Below are positions 51,405 to 62,233 of a stretch of DNA of 64,000 nucleotides, piece after piece (the stretch's first letter is position 1; every line of letters begins with the position of its first letter). The stretch is from Candidatus Bathyarchaeota archaeon (lineage in GTDB: Archaea; Thermoproteota; Bathyarchaeia; Bathyarchaeales; Bathycorpusculaceae). The notes below the pieces were generated by a model. The model had not been told where the DNA came from and did not search any database. It worked only from the letters and a program-made list of their open reading frames with translations. The position numbers and the translations under genes are program-made. The stretch spans positions 64,001 to 128,000 of the forward strand of contig CAVZKL010000017.1 in assembly GCA_963775895.1 (NCBI GenBank), read 5' to 3'.

Positions 51405-52094
51405 CTAGGCTAGAAGAACAGCTATTATGCCTGTTAGAAAGATGCCGTCGAACGTGCCTGCCCCGCCTATGCTTGCGACAGGTGCACCGAGTTTGGGAAT
51501 ACGGTTAAGATTAGACAGATCGGCACCTATGAGTGTTCCTAGCACACCTGAAACGTAGGCAATCACTCTTGGTGCGGCTGGAAGAAGAAGGTAAGCTGAG
51601 AGAGCAGCGACTAGGGGTGGAATGAAGATTGGCGTACTGATGCCTACTCCCTTCACTGGTCGCGCAACGAGGTGGGTCACAAATGCGACGACGGCAACCC
51701 CCAGTAAGGCGTACAATATGACCGAGGGCACTTTCCACAACAGATAGGCTGAAACAACAGTGGGTACCAACGCTCCTCCAACGTTGACGGCTACCATCGT
51801 TGTTGTCTCACCGTACTCCACGTTTGGAATTCGATAGGCAATGCCAAAGAAACTCACAAACTCCTCCCTCATCACTGGGATCTTTGTTTTCAGCTTCAAA
51901 ATTGGGATGTTAATCCAGCTTCCAACGAAAGTGCCAACCAGAATCAAGGCAGTGATGATTGGACTAAATCCAACATCCTCGAAGGCCGCTCCGATGACTC
52001 CTACAAAAATCAGGCCTATCACTATGACAAGAATAATTACCAAGACTGCGAACACCAAAGCATTGTGAGGAAAATAGACGGTTTTCCTGCTCAT
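51405..52094 (-). CDS. DUF1614 family membrane protein
   Basis: GSWINIP, AVNVGGALVP, GTLIGADL, SIGGAGTFDGIFLTG. Confidence 0.85.
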   Translation of the reverse strand: MSRKTVYFPHNALVFAVLVIILVIVIGLIFVGVIGAAFEDVGFSPIITALILVGTFVGSWINIPILKLKTKIPVMREEFVSFFGIAYRIPNVEYGETTTMVAVNVGGALVPTVVSAYLLWKVPSVILYALLGVAVVAFVTHLVARPVKGVGISTPIFIPPLVAALSAYLLLPAAPRVIAYVSGVLGTLIGADLSNLNRIPKLGAPVASIGGAGTFDGIFLTGIIAVLLA

Positions 52095-52199
52095 AACCCG
52101 GTGGCCTTGCCTTTCACTTCTCAAGACCAAATTCTTGTTCTCGTGTATTAATATAGCGCTCTTAGCGCGCGCCAAGGTTAAATACAGTATTCCACGATT

Positions 52200-52716
52200 T
52201 TGATCGTGAGGCTTATGACCCAGAAAGCAAGTGGCGAAAAGTATCTTGAACCGTTGGTAGCAGTTGCTATTGTCCTTTTGGCCATCTTTTTGCTTATACG
52301 GTCACTGTTTCTTTTCGACTTTTTTGTTATAATCGATGAAGACTCATTAATCGCTGCAGAAGCCACAATTCTAGGGTTCTTCGGGTTAGTGGTTGCCTAT
52401 TTTCTTGGACGACGCGCCCACAGAGCTGGAAGACAGTTAGGAAGTTCTGTTTATTTCGTTGCAGGGTTCCTTATTGATCTCTTGTCCTATGGCATAATTG
52501 AGCGGTATCTGGAAACTTGTCCTTTCTTTTTTTGTTATTGACACTTGGAGTATAATAGCGATTCCGCTTGTGCTTTTTGGCATCATCATCGCACCTATAA
52601 TCGTAGGAAGAGTTTGGAAACACAAGAGGAATGACTACTGGAACGGCGTGTTACTCGGTTTCGCAGTCTTATCAATCATAGCATTCGTCCGCGCGTTGCA
52701 ATTTAGGCATGGTTGA
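52200..52716 (+). CDS. Membrane protein (frameshifted)
   Basis: TM segments across two overlapping ORFs. Confidence 0.45.
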
Positions 52717-52829
52717 AGTCGTTTTTCTGTAACTGGGCGAGAAGAACGTGCGCGCGCTTCTAGTATTTGGTTATGGCAAATGTCTAATTCAATGCTGAAT
52801 AATACGCATATGGGAGAGGAGAGAGAGAA

Positions 52830-55072
52830 ATGAAGAGCGAAGCGATTTTTGGTTGCTTGATTGCTGCGTTGTTGGTCTTGGTGTTTTTCATAAACATGGG
52901 GGTTTCTTCCGCTCTGTTGGAGCAAAAGAACGGCTGGAGTTTCAGTACTTCAACGCGTGACACGAGTCCGCGCGCATTGGTTGGCAGTGACACAGGGTAT
53001 AGTCTGACAGCAGGTGAGAGTCTGAATGTTTCATGGAGTAGTACGTCTTCAGGGCTGGGTGTGACGATCTCGATGAGGTTTTACTTGCTCAATAGTTCCC
53101 AAATAAGTGGTTGGAGGTGGGTGGTGACACCGCTTGCTCAATTTGAGGAAACAAATTCAGGCTATCTCATAAAACTAGACAACTGGGGCACGACTGTTAC
53201 TTGCCTGATAAACTCGACTGACACATACTACGTCATATTCGTATGTAATGGAGTCTACAACCCTATGGAGTTGCCACCTGAAATATACGTCGACTCCTAT
53301 GCCGCTTACGCATCATTGCCCCCGTCAGTCAACGTAACACCTGGCTCCGTCGCCATGGATTTGGGACAATCGCAGTTGTTCACTTCAAACGTTTCTGACG
53401 GCACGTCTCCTTACTCTTACCAATGGTATCTGTCCACCGCCATTTTAGGCAACACGATTGTTAACCCTGGGTTTGAGACTGGCAACTTCACCGGGTGGAG
53501 CCAAGAGGGAATCAACAACGCAACTATAAGAAACGATGAACATCATTCTGGAAGCTACTCTTGTACGTCAACATACAATGGGTCGCCATATTACTTGTAC
53601 CTGCCGTTTAAGATAACGCAGAGGTTGCCCACCGTCCTATCGGACTTCATTACTAGTGTTAGTTGCTGGATCAAGTATGGTGTTTCCTCGATAGATTGGC
53701 TCAGAGTGAATTACACGGATGGGTCCGTTTCAAGCATAGGCTTGGGGGCGTCTAGCGATTGGACTCATGTGACTCTGAATCTTGCGGCAAACAAAACCGT
53801 GGATTCATTGATACTGGAAAGGAACGCCTCAAGTGGCTATATAATCTGGATTGATGACGTTGAGTTCAGTGTGAATGGTGGTCCAGTTTCAGGCGCCACA
53901 GGTTCCACTTGGACTTTCACGCCACGTTCTTTGGGATCCTACACAGTCTACGTCCAAGTTACGGATAATGCTGGTTTCAGCGCAAATTCTAATTTCGCAA
54001 ACGTCACTGTCAATCCTGTCCCATCTGTCGCCATTTCGCCTAGCTCTGTCGTTATGGATGTTGGTCAGTCTCAACTGTTCAATTCAACCGTCTCCGACGG
54101 CTTATCTCCGTATTCGTATCAATGGTACCTGAATGATACTCCGGTCTCAGGAGCTACCAACCCGACTTGGACTTTTACTCCTTCTTCTTCCGGCTCTTAC
54201 AACATCTACCTGAACGTGACTGACACTGTTGGATTCACGGCAGAATCTAACATCGCCTACATCACTGTTAATCCTCTGGTCTCCGTCAGTGTTTCGCCCG
54301 CTTCTGTCGTTATGGATGTTGGTCAGTCTCAACTGTTCAATTCAACCGTCTCCGGTGGTACGTCGCCCTACTCTTATCAATGGGTGCTCGGGACAGAAAA
54401 CCCGTCGTTGTTAGTCCTCGCGCCTGGCGCCACAAACGCGACGTGGGCCTTCACTCCATCATCTGCAGGTTCTTACACGGTTTCTGTGCTAGTCAATGAC
54501 AGCGTCGGGATGCAGTGACCGTCCAACACTGTGGCTGTTGCTGTGCACGTTGATGATGTTGCCGTCACCAATATTACGTCTTCCAAAACTGTGGTTGGAC
54601 AAGGCTACAGCCTAAACATGACCGTTACAGCGGCAGACTTTGGTGACTGCGCAGAAACGTTCAATGTCACAGTTTACGCCAACAAAACTTCTATTGCATC
54701 ACAGAATGTTGCCCTGTCAAGCGGAAACTCCACGACCATCATGTTTACATGGAGCACAACGGGCTTTACTTACGGCAACTACACCATTAGCGCCACTGCA
54801 GGACCAGTTCCGGGCGAAACCGACACAGCCAACAACAACTACACCTGCCTTATTCCTGTTCATGTGGGCGTTCCGGGCGACGTGTCCAGCACGATTCCAG
54901 GAGTGTACGATGGAGTAGATAACGTGAAGGACATCGCCTACATGGTTGCACTCTTGAACACCAAGACCAGGCTCGCCAAACTGGAACCCCAACGCGGACG
55001 TGAACAACGACGGCGTAGTCAACATGAAGCGACATAGCCATAGCCGTAGCCTACTTCAACCAACACGAATAG
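52830..55072 (+). CDS. Secreted surface protein with Ig/PKD-like repeats, CBM-like insert, CARDB-like and dockerin-like C-terminus (frameshifted)
   Basis: Signal peptide, three SV..D.GQSQLF..YSYQW repeats, NPGFETG, DVAVTN..GETDTANN, GDV..DGV..KDIA and DVNNDGVVNMK. Confidence 0.75.
54045..54354 (+). repeat. Identical 52-bp copies within Ig repeats (54045-54096 and 54303-54354)
   Basis: TCTGTCGTTATGGATGTTGGTCAGTCTCAACTGTTCAATTCAACCGTCTCCG twice, period 258 bp. Confidence 0.85.
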
Positions 55073-55170
55073 ACTCACGCGCGTGCCCGAAAGTTTTAAT
55101 CATCGAACGCACATTGCTAATATAGAGAAACGTCCGCGTTTTCCAGGGAACAACCATTAGTTTCAGGAGA

Positions 55171-56558
55171 TTGGAGTTGGTGAAGAGAACTGTTTTTGAG
55201 GTAATGCTTGTTTTCCTCGTTGCAAGAGCACGTTTGTATTGGCGTCCAAAATTCAGCCCGTCAGGTCGAATGGGACGACCATCATGGTACCAGACGTCAA
55301 CACTTCAGACCCACCATTTCCGGGAGTGGGAGTCAAGGTTAATATTCACCAATGGTTCAGTTCAATATGTAACTACTTGGACTACTTCTATGTGATCCAC
55401 GGGTGGGTTAGTGCCAATTGGAGCAGCTTCACAACGGCTGCCCAGAATGCGTTCCTGGACCTTCACAGAGCAACTTCACCCTAGCGACCAATGCCACCCA
55501 CTTCCTAAACCCATCTATGACCCAATTCACGTACTATAATAGCACCGCAGACGAAATGCTAGCCTATTTTGGTTCCAGTTTCAACCTGACGACCTTGCTC
55601 TGGGCGCCTACTCATTCACCGGCACGTGGAACCTGGCGGCAGCTGCCAACCCGCCCAACTACACCGCCGTCCAGGCCCAAAACACGATCACACTCATCGT
55701 TAAAGTCCGAAACGATCGTTTCCTGTTCACCCAACCCTGTCTCCAATCGGCTATCCCGTAACCTGCACCGCAACCGTTACTGGTTCCAACCCGACGGGGA
55801 GCGGTCACTTGGAGCACGAGCAGCACAACGGGCGCATTCACTTCTCCCAACGTGCACCCTGCTCAAACGGAACCTGTTCGACCACGTACAGCCGACAACT
55901 ACACTGGCCACGAAACGATCACGGCAAGCTACAGCGGAGACTCAAACAACGCGCCGAGCAGCGGCAGCACGATCCTGACGGTTTTCGAAAACGTTACGGT
56001 GGGCACAAACATGACCGTTTACCCGACAAACGGCCTTGGCCTGACTTTCGCCAACGTCACCGTCGCAGGCGTTGTCATCGCAGAACGAAACACCCACGGT
56101 TCCCGCGCCCCCATTGAACAACACGGTGGGACAATACTACGACGTGAGGGTGACGGCGGGCTACTCTGGCAACGTAACGGTCAGCCTAGCCTTTGACGGT
56201 TCAAACATGACTCAGCAGCAGAAAGAGCAGCCTGAAAATGATGCAGTACACGCCATTGGTTGCCGACATGTCCGGTCCGACCCCGGGCGTTTCTGACGGC
56301 GTCGTGAACATGAGAGACATAGCTTACATAGTAGCACACTTCAAACGACGCCCAACAGCACCAACTGGGATCCGACGCTGCGACATCTACGGACCAACTG
56401 GAGTCCCGGACGGCGTCGTGAACATGCGCGACATAGCCTTCGCGGTCGCATGCTTTGGCCAGACTTCCAGTTGGGTAAACATCACTGCGTACGTCGACAC
56501 CGCAAACAACATCATCTACGGACAGACCACCCACTTCTCATTCATAGGCATACACTAG
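55171..56558 (+). CDS. Second secreted Ig-like/dockerin-like protein (multiple frameshifts)
   Basis: ITASYSGDSNN Big-like motif, two DGVVNMRDIA repeats, NIIYGQTTHFS C-terminus. Confidence 0.6.
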
Positions 56559-56758
56559 CTAAGAAATACGATGAGCGCAGAATAGGAGAAACGTGTGTCG
56601 GCTATTACCGAAGACCCAAAAAGATTTTCCGCGTATGGTTCCTAAACGCCAAACGAACGTTCAGCCGATCATGATAAACTTAAAATAACTGATTGAACAG
56701 TTGTGTAACCGAATTCACCAATATTTAGAGGAAATCAGAAAGAATTGGAGGAGAAGAA

Positions 56759-58063
56759 ATGAGCAAAAGCGGAAAACCACACCTTAACCTGGTGATTATG
56801 GGACACGTAGATCACGGAAAATCAACAACCACAGGACACTTACTGTACCTTGCAGGGGCAGTCGACGAAAGAGATGTCAAAAAGTTCGAAGAAGAAGCCA
56901 AAAAAGCAGGAAAAGAAAGCTTCAAATTCGCATGGGTTCTGGACAATCTGAAAGAAGAAAGAGAACGAGGAGTAACAATTGACCTTCGATTCCTCAAATT
57001 TGAAACCAAGAAATTCTACTTCACGGTCATCGACGCGCCAGGACACAGAGACTTCGTCAAGAACATGATTACGGGTGCCAGCCAAGCCGACGGTGCTGTC
57101 CTGTTCTGCTCAGCCAGAAGAGGCGAATTCGAAGCAGGAATCGGTCCGGGTGGACAGACCAGAGAACATGCATTCTTGGCTTTCACTCTAGGTGTTCGAC
57201 AGTTGGTCGTTGCCGTAAACAAGATGGACGACATTTCAGTAAACTACAGTCAAGAACGATACAATGAGATCAAGAACGAAGTCAGCAGAATGCTCAAGAT
57301 GGTCGGCTTCAAAGTTGAGAAGATTCCGTTCGTTCCAACTTCGGGTTGGACAGGAGAAAACCTCGTCGCAAAAACCGACAAGATGCCATGGTACAATGGA
57401 CCAACTTTGATTGAGGCACTCGACACTTTTGAAGTTCCTTCGAAACCCACAAACAAGCCTTTGCGAGTTCCGATTCAAGACGTATACAGCATAACCGGAG
57501 TCGGCACAGTTCCAGTCGGCAGAGTCGAGACTGGGATAATCAAAGAAAACGACATCGTTGTATTCATGCCATCCAACAAACAAGGCGAAGTCAAATCACT
57601 AGAAATGCACCACGAGAGAATCCCGAAAGCAGAACCAGGCGATAACATAGGCTTCAACATCCGAGGCGTCGCCAAGACGGACATCAAACGTGGAGACGTT
57701 GCCGGACACACGACTAATCCGCCCACGATTGCAAAAGAATTCATCGGACAAATAATAGTGATCTATCACCCGACGGCAGTGGCTGCGGGATACACACCAG
57801 TATTGCACTACCACACGGGGCAAATCGCATGCAAGTTCACGGAACTCATAAGAAAGATTGACCCGCGTTCGGGACAAGTCGTGGAAGAAAAACCCACATT
57901 CCTAAAGACAGGAGACGCCGCCGTGGTGAGAATGGAACCTTTGCACCCAATATCAATCGAAACATTCTCCGAGTTCGAAGAACTCGGGCGCTTCGCAGTC
58001 AGAGACATGGGTACCACCGTGGCAGCTGGCATCGTCAAAGAGATCACCAAGAAAGGGCCGTAA
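56759..58063 (+). CDS. tuf: Translation elongation factor EF-1alpha
   Basis: [31 protein letters not shown]. Confidence 0.98.
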   Translation: MSKSGKPHLNLVIMGHVDHGKSTTTGHLLYLAGAVDERDVKKFEEEAKKAGKESFKFAWVLDNLKEERERGVTIDLRFLKFETKKFYFTVIDAPGHRDFVKNMITGASQADGAVLFCSARRGEFEAGIGPGGQTREHAFLAFTLGVRQLVVAVNKMDDISVNYSQERYNEIKNEVSRMLKMVGFKVEKIPFVPTSGWTGENLVAKTDKMPWYNGPTLIEALDTFEVPSKPTNKPLRVPIQDVYSITGVGTVPVGRVETGIIKENDIVVFMPSNKQGEVKSLEMHHERIPKAEPGDNIGFNIRGVAKTDIKRGDVAGHTTNPPTIAKEFIGQIIVIYHPTAVAAGYTPVLHYHTGQIACKFTELIRKIDPRSGQVVEEKPTFLKTGDAAVVRMEPLHPISIETFSEFEELGRFAVRDMGTTVAAGIVKEITKKGP

Positions 58064-58067
58064 AAAT

Positions 58068-58088
58068 CTCCTTTTCCATCTTTTTTAT
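58068..58088 (+). terminator. Pyrimidine/T-rich archaeal terminator after tuf
   Basis: CTCCTTTTCCATCTTTTTT right after the stop codon. Confidence 0.5.
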
Positions 58089-58164
58089 AGAATCCTTCAC
58101 GTTTTCGAAGCGACGTTTCCGCAAGTCTACAAACTGCAGAGAAAGTCAAAACCAAAACTGTGTT

Positions 58165-58725
58165 TCACGGTAGTGTTGCAAGTATCAAGTAGTGGTAGGG
58201 TCCCATTTCTCTTGCCTCTTCCACTTTGAAACCTGCCTTGTCCAACAAACCCGCTGCTTGTGTTTCACTAAACCTGATGCTCATCGGGGGACCGAATTGC
58301 ATCGGTTCCTTTTTCCAGTCAACATCGGCGAGTAGGCCTCTGGGTTTTAGCATTTTTCTCGCGTTCTGTAATACTTTTAGTGGGTTTTGAAAGTCGTGTA
58401 GCACGATGCCGAAGAAAACAAAGTCAGCACAGGCTTCCCCGAAAACGATTTCCTCTGCTGCGCCAACTTCCGTCACCAAATTGGTCAATTGTTCTGAGTC
58501 GGCCTTCTTGCGAACAATTGCAATGGCTTCTTCATCAATGTCTAATGCGTACACTCGACCCTTCTTGCCTACGATTCTAGCCGCTGGAATGGAGAAAAAG
58601 CCTTCTCCGCAACCCAGATCGATGAAGGTTGAACCACTTTTCAACCCCAATTCAGCCAGTATTTCCTCTGGATTCTGCCACTTCCGTCTTTCTCTTTCGT
58701 TGCCATAGAACGTGCGATTGTGCAT
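58165..58725 (-). CDS. Class I SAM-dependent methyltransferase
   Basis: IDLGCGEG, VYALDID, VLHDF, DWKK. Confidence 0.88.
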   Translation of the reverse strand: MHNRTFYGNERERRKWQNPEEILAELGLKSGSTFIDLGCGEGFFSIPAARIVGKKGRVYALDIDEEAIAIVRKKADSEQLTNLVTEVGAAEEIVFGEACADFVFFGIVLHDFQNPLKVLQNARKMLKPRGLLADVDWKKEPMQFGPPMSIRFSETQAAGLLDKAGFKVEEAREMGPYHYLILATLP

Positions 58726-58839
58726 TTCAAGCGCGCCTCGCAAGAGTCCGAGTAGAATCTGCACCTTTTCTATATAACTATGTTTCATCGGAAGAATTAA
58801 TAACGAATCAAACAAAATAGGAACCGTTGAGGAATCACT

Positions 58840-59334
58840 TTGGAACGGAAACTCAAGGTCGGAGACAAAGCAAAGAGTTTCGCCCTGCTAGATCAGTCCG
58901 AAAAAGAATTCACACTTGCAAAGGCTAAGGGCAAACGCGTGCTGCTTTCATTTCATCCCTTAGCGTGGACATCTGTCTGTTCGGAGCAAATGAAATCTCT
59001 GGAGAAGAATAAATCAGCTTTCGACTCACTGAACACCGTAGCAGTCGGATTGAGTGTCGACACGGTGCCTTCAAAAAAGGCATGGGCAGACAGTTTAGGG
59101 ATCAAGAGTACTCGGCTTCTTTCAGATTTCTGGCCACACGGCAAAGTTGCGAGAGCATATGGACTATTCCGAAAAGATGCTGGAACCTCGGGACGAGCCA
59201 ACGTAATCGTCGACGAAAACGGAATAGTGCGTCTCTTCAAGGTTTACCCCTTGGGTAAGCTTCCAGATATTCAGGAAATACTGGATTTCTTAACTGAAAT
59301 GCCTAAAATCGCCGGGAAAAGACAACACAAATAA
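58840..59334 (+). CDS. Peroxiredoxin (AhpE/BCP-like, 1-Cys)
   Basis: FHPLAWTSVC, LLSDFWPHG. Confidence 0.88.
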   Translation: MERKLKVGDKAKSFALLDQSEKEFTLAKAKGKRVLLSFHPLAWTSVCSEQMKSLEKNKSAFDSLNTVAVGLSVDTVPSKKAWADSLGIKSTRLLSDFWPHGKVARAYGLFRKDAGTSGRANVIVDENGIVRLFKVYPLGKLPDIQEILDFLTEMPKIAGKRQHK

Positions 59335-59335
59335 G

Positions 59336-60436
59336 GTGAAGCAAACGATGGACAAGAAGTCATTGGCTCTTCTGATAGAAATGCTAGAATCTTTCGGGCC
59401 CGCAGGGTTCGAAGTTGAAACGGCAACGATCGTCAAGAAAGCTGTCAAGTCTTACGCTGATGAAGTCAAGACTGACAAGCTAGGCAACGTGATATTCACT
59501 CACAAGGGAACATCTGAGCAACCTCGCGTACTGCTCGCTGGTCACATTGACGAAGTCGGATTCGTCATATCGGGAATAGACGAAAGAACAGGTTTTCTCT
59601 CGTTCAACCCGCTAGGAGGATGGTGGGATCAGGTACTTCTATCGCAACGAGTCGTCGTGCGAACCGAAAAAGGCGATCTTCACGGCGTGATAGCTGCTAA
59701 ACCACCGCACTTGTTGCCGCCTGACGAACAGAAGAAAGTCGTTGAGAAAAAAACGATGTTCATCGACATCGGTGCAACGAGCAGGAAAGAATCCGAAGCC
59801 ATGGGCGTCAGAATAGGAGACCCAGTGGTGCCCTTCTCAATATTCACGACTATTCGCGATGGAAAACTCGGAATGGGCAAAGCCTTTGATGATCGCATCG
59901 GCGCATTCATAGCGATGGAAGTTGTTCGAAAGCTCTCGGAAACAAAGACAAAACATCCGAACACCGTCTATGGCGCCGCGACCGTACAGGAAGAAGTTGG
60001 CGCTCGAGGCGCAGCAACAGTTTCTCACGTAGTAGATCCGGACGTTGCGATAGTGTTGGAGGTTGATATCGCAGGCGACGTTCCAGGAGTTCAGCCTCAA
60101 GATGCTCCCACAAAAATAGGAAAGGGTCCATCGATATTGACCTTTGATACCTCTATGATTCCAAATCAAGCCCTAAAACAGTTCGTAATCGACACAGCTA
60201 AGAAATCGAAGATTCCGTATCAGCTCTCAATTTTGGCAGCCGGTGGAACGGACGCCATGAGGATCCATATAAGTCGAGCGGGATGCCCCAGCATAGTCAT
60301 TGGCGTGCCAACACGACACATCCACTCTCATGTGGGAATACTGAGCTTCGAAGACGTTGACAACACTATCAAACTCACGCTTGAACTGGTGAAACGATTC
60401 GATCAAAAAACTGTCAGCGAATTCACAGCTTTTTGA
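59336..60436 (+). CDS. M42 (TET) aminopeptidase
   Basis: GHIDEVG, KAFDDR, QEEVGARG, GGTDA, RHIHS. Confidence 0.93.
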   Translation: MKQTMDKKSLALLIEMLESFGPAGFEVETATIVKKAVKSYADEVKTDKLGNVIFTHKGTSEQPRVLLAGHIDEVGFVISGIDERTGFLSFNPLGGWWDQVLLSQRVVVRTEKGDLHGVIAAKPPHLLPPDEQKKVVEKKTMFIDIGATSRKESEAMGVRIGDPVVPFSIFTTIRDGKLGMGKAFDDRIGAFIAMEVVRKLSETKTKHPNTVYGAATVQEEVGARGAATVSHVVDPDVAIVLEVDIAGDVPGVQPQDAPTKIGKGPSILTFDTSMIPNQALKQFVIDTAKKSKIPYQLSILAAGGTDAMRIHISRAGCPSIVIGVPTRHIHSHVGILSFEDVDNTIKLTLELVKRFDQKTVSEFTAF

Positions 60437-60542
60437 ATACGAAACCTCAACATTATCCTATCCATTTCTTCACGCGCGTGCAAGTAACTCAGCAAACCCA
60501 AATAAGACGGACTGATTGACGTTATTTCCGTGAGTTGAGCAG

Positions 60543-61253
60543 ATGGCTGGAACTGAGAGTTTGCTTCCCTACTTACGCGAAAAGAAAGGTTCTGGACAAG
60601 AGCAACCGACCATAATTGTTGATAGCCGTGAGGCAAGTTCCGCACCCAAAATAGTTAAAGGTCTCAGGGAGCGAGGCGTTAGCATACGTACTGAAATGTT
60701 GGAGAAGGGCGATTACGTTTTGTCGGATGTTTGTGCCGTAGAGAGGAAGACTGTGCAGGATTTTGTGTACACTCTTACTCGCCGTTTTCTATTTGAACAG
60801 CTCTTCCGATTGAAAGAAGTCTATCCCAGATCATTGATACTGCTCGAGGGTTACCTGCCGATAATCTACAAGTACAGTAGAATTCAGCCCGCATCGGTTT
60901 GGGGCGCGATGTTCAACCTGGCTAGAAATGGCATTGCCATGGTGAACACCACGTCTTACAAGGAAACTGTCGATTTTCTCTACGTAGCAGCACGTCAAGA
61001 GCAGATCGTTGAAAAAAGAACGCCCACGGTTCATCCATTCAAGAAAGTGGATACCTTGGCTGACGCTCAACTGTATTTCGTCGCAAGCCTTCCTAACGTG
61101 GGAAGAGAAAAAGCATCAGCAATCCTCAAATGCTACCAAACGCCACTGAATGCCATGATAAACGTGAACGACTGGCCTGAGACCGTTCATGGGCTCGGAC
61201 CGAAAATAAGTGCCAAGGCGAAGGATGTCTTGAATACGCCTTTCAGTGAGTGA
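60543..61253 (+). CDS. xpf: XPF/ERCC4 structure-specific endonuclease (short form)
   Basis: VDSRE, GDY..VERKT..DF, HhH2 motifs PNVG and HGLG. Confidence 0.85.
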   Translation: MAGTESLLPYLREKKGSGQEQPTIIVDSREASSAPKIVKGLRERGVSIRTEMLEKGDYVLSDVCAVERKTVQDFVYTLTRRFLFEQLFRLKEVYPRSLILLEGYLPIIYKYSRIQPASVWGAMFNLARNGIAMVNTTSYKETVDFLYVAARQEQIVEKRTPTVHPFKKVDTLADAQLYFVASLPNVGREKASAILKCYQTPLNAMINVNDWPETVHGLGPKISAKAKDVLNTPFSE

Positions 61254-61617
61254 GACAAGAATGGATGTCGATATCAATCCCACGAAAAAGGTCACCGTTT
61301 TAGGACTGGACAATCGTTCGAAAGACAACATTGCATGGTGTGCAGCAAGTTACGGTGCAAACAGGCTTTACTGGATAGACGGGTACTTACTGTGTTTGGA
61401 AGTCTACGAAAAATCCTTTGAGGAAGAGCTTAAGAAAAAAGAATTTCCGATCAGCCAAGTTTGCTACGTGAAATTTCCGAAGTACGAGAAACTCTACGAG
61501 ATCGACAAGAGCTTTCAGATTCCCGTGGTCAACGTGTCCGACATGAAGCTGTTCCAGAACATACTGAAAGCGATACTCGAAAGCGAAAAAACAGGGACAG
61601 CTTCCCCAAGAATCTGA
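61246..61617 (+). CDS. Hypothetical protein
   Basis: Overlaps the xpf stop; protein-like composition. Confidence 0.6.
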   Translation: MSETRMDVDINPTKKVTVLGLDNRSKDNIAWCAASYGANRLYWIDGYLLCLEVYEKSFEEELKKKEFPISQVCYVKFPKYEKLYEIDKSFQIPVVNVSDMKLFQNILKAILESEKTGTASPRI

Positions 61618-61623
61618 CGAAGC

Positions 61624-62233
61624 CTAATTCGCATGCCGAGCTTCTTCTGTGATTTTATAGCCCAGCTTGAACGCCCTGATATTCGTGTCCACGTGCTTTT
61701 CTGGAACGAGTTCTTTGACCGCCAGTACAAGACTTTCGGTTTTCACTGGCAACAACTTGGTTCCAGCCAGAGCACCCAACAACACGACATTCTGCGTGAG
61801 ATTGCTACCAGCCTTCTTAGCCAATTGTGAAGCGTCAACCAAAACGATCTTCTTGCGTGAAGGAACGAATCTTCTGAACGATTTCCTCCACGCTTGGATA
61901 TTTCAACTTCTTAGAAGCCAACTCCGCAGGCGGAATTCTCTCGGTGTTCATCAGCACGATCGTTTTTTCACTGGCATACTTCACGTTTCGCAGCGTTTCC
62001 AGACGCTCGAAACCCAACAATATGTTTGCTTGACCTTCTAGCACGGTCGGCGCTAGGACGTTTTCACCAATTCTCACCGTTGAAACTACACTGCCGCCTC
62101 TCTGAGCCATTCCGTGGATCTCGCTGACTCTCACGTTCAATCCATCCTTTACAGCGGCAATTCCCAAGGCTTCAGCCGCTAATAGCGTGCCCTGTCCACC
62201 TACTCCTGCCAAAACAATGTTGAACTCCTTCAT
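61624..62233 (-). CDS. iorB: Indolepyruvate:ferredoxin oxidoreductase beta subunit (frameshift near 61845)
   Basis: GVGGQG, SEIHGMAQRGGSV, NVVLLGAL. Confidence 0.9.

Noticed and set aside
8234-62233. Frameshifts in gatD, mgtA, glnA, cysS, lipoate ligase, dinB, iorB and others, read as programmed frameshifting or mass pseudogenisation
   Set aside because: They hit essential genes, some fall in homopolymers (the A-run in gatD), and the pieces keep intact motifs without accumulated stop codons. This pattern fits sequencing indel error; read-level polishing would settle it.
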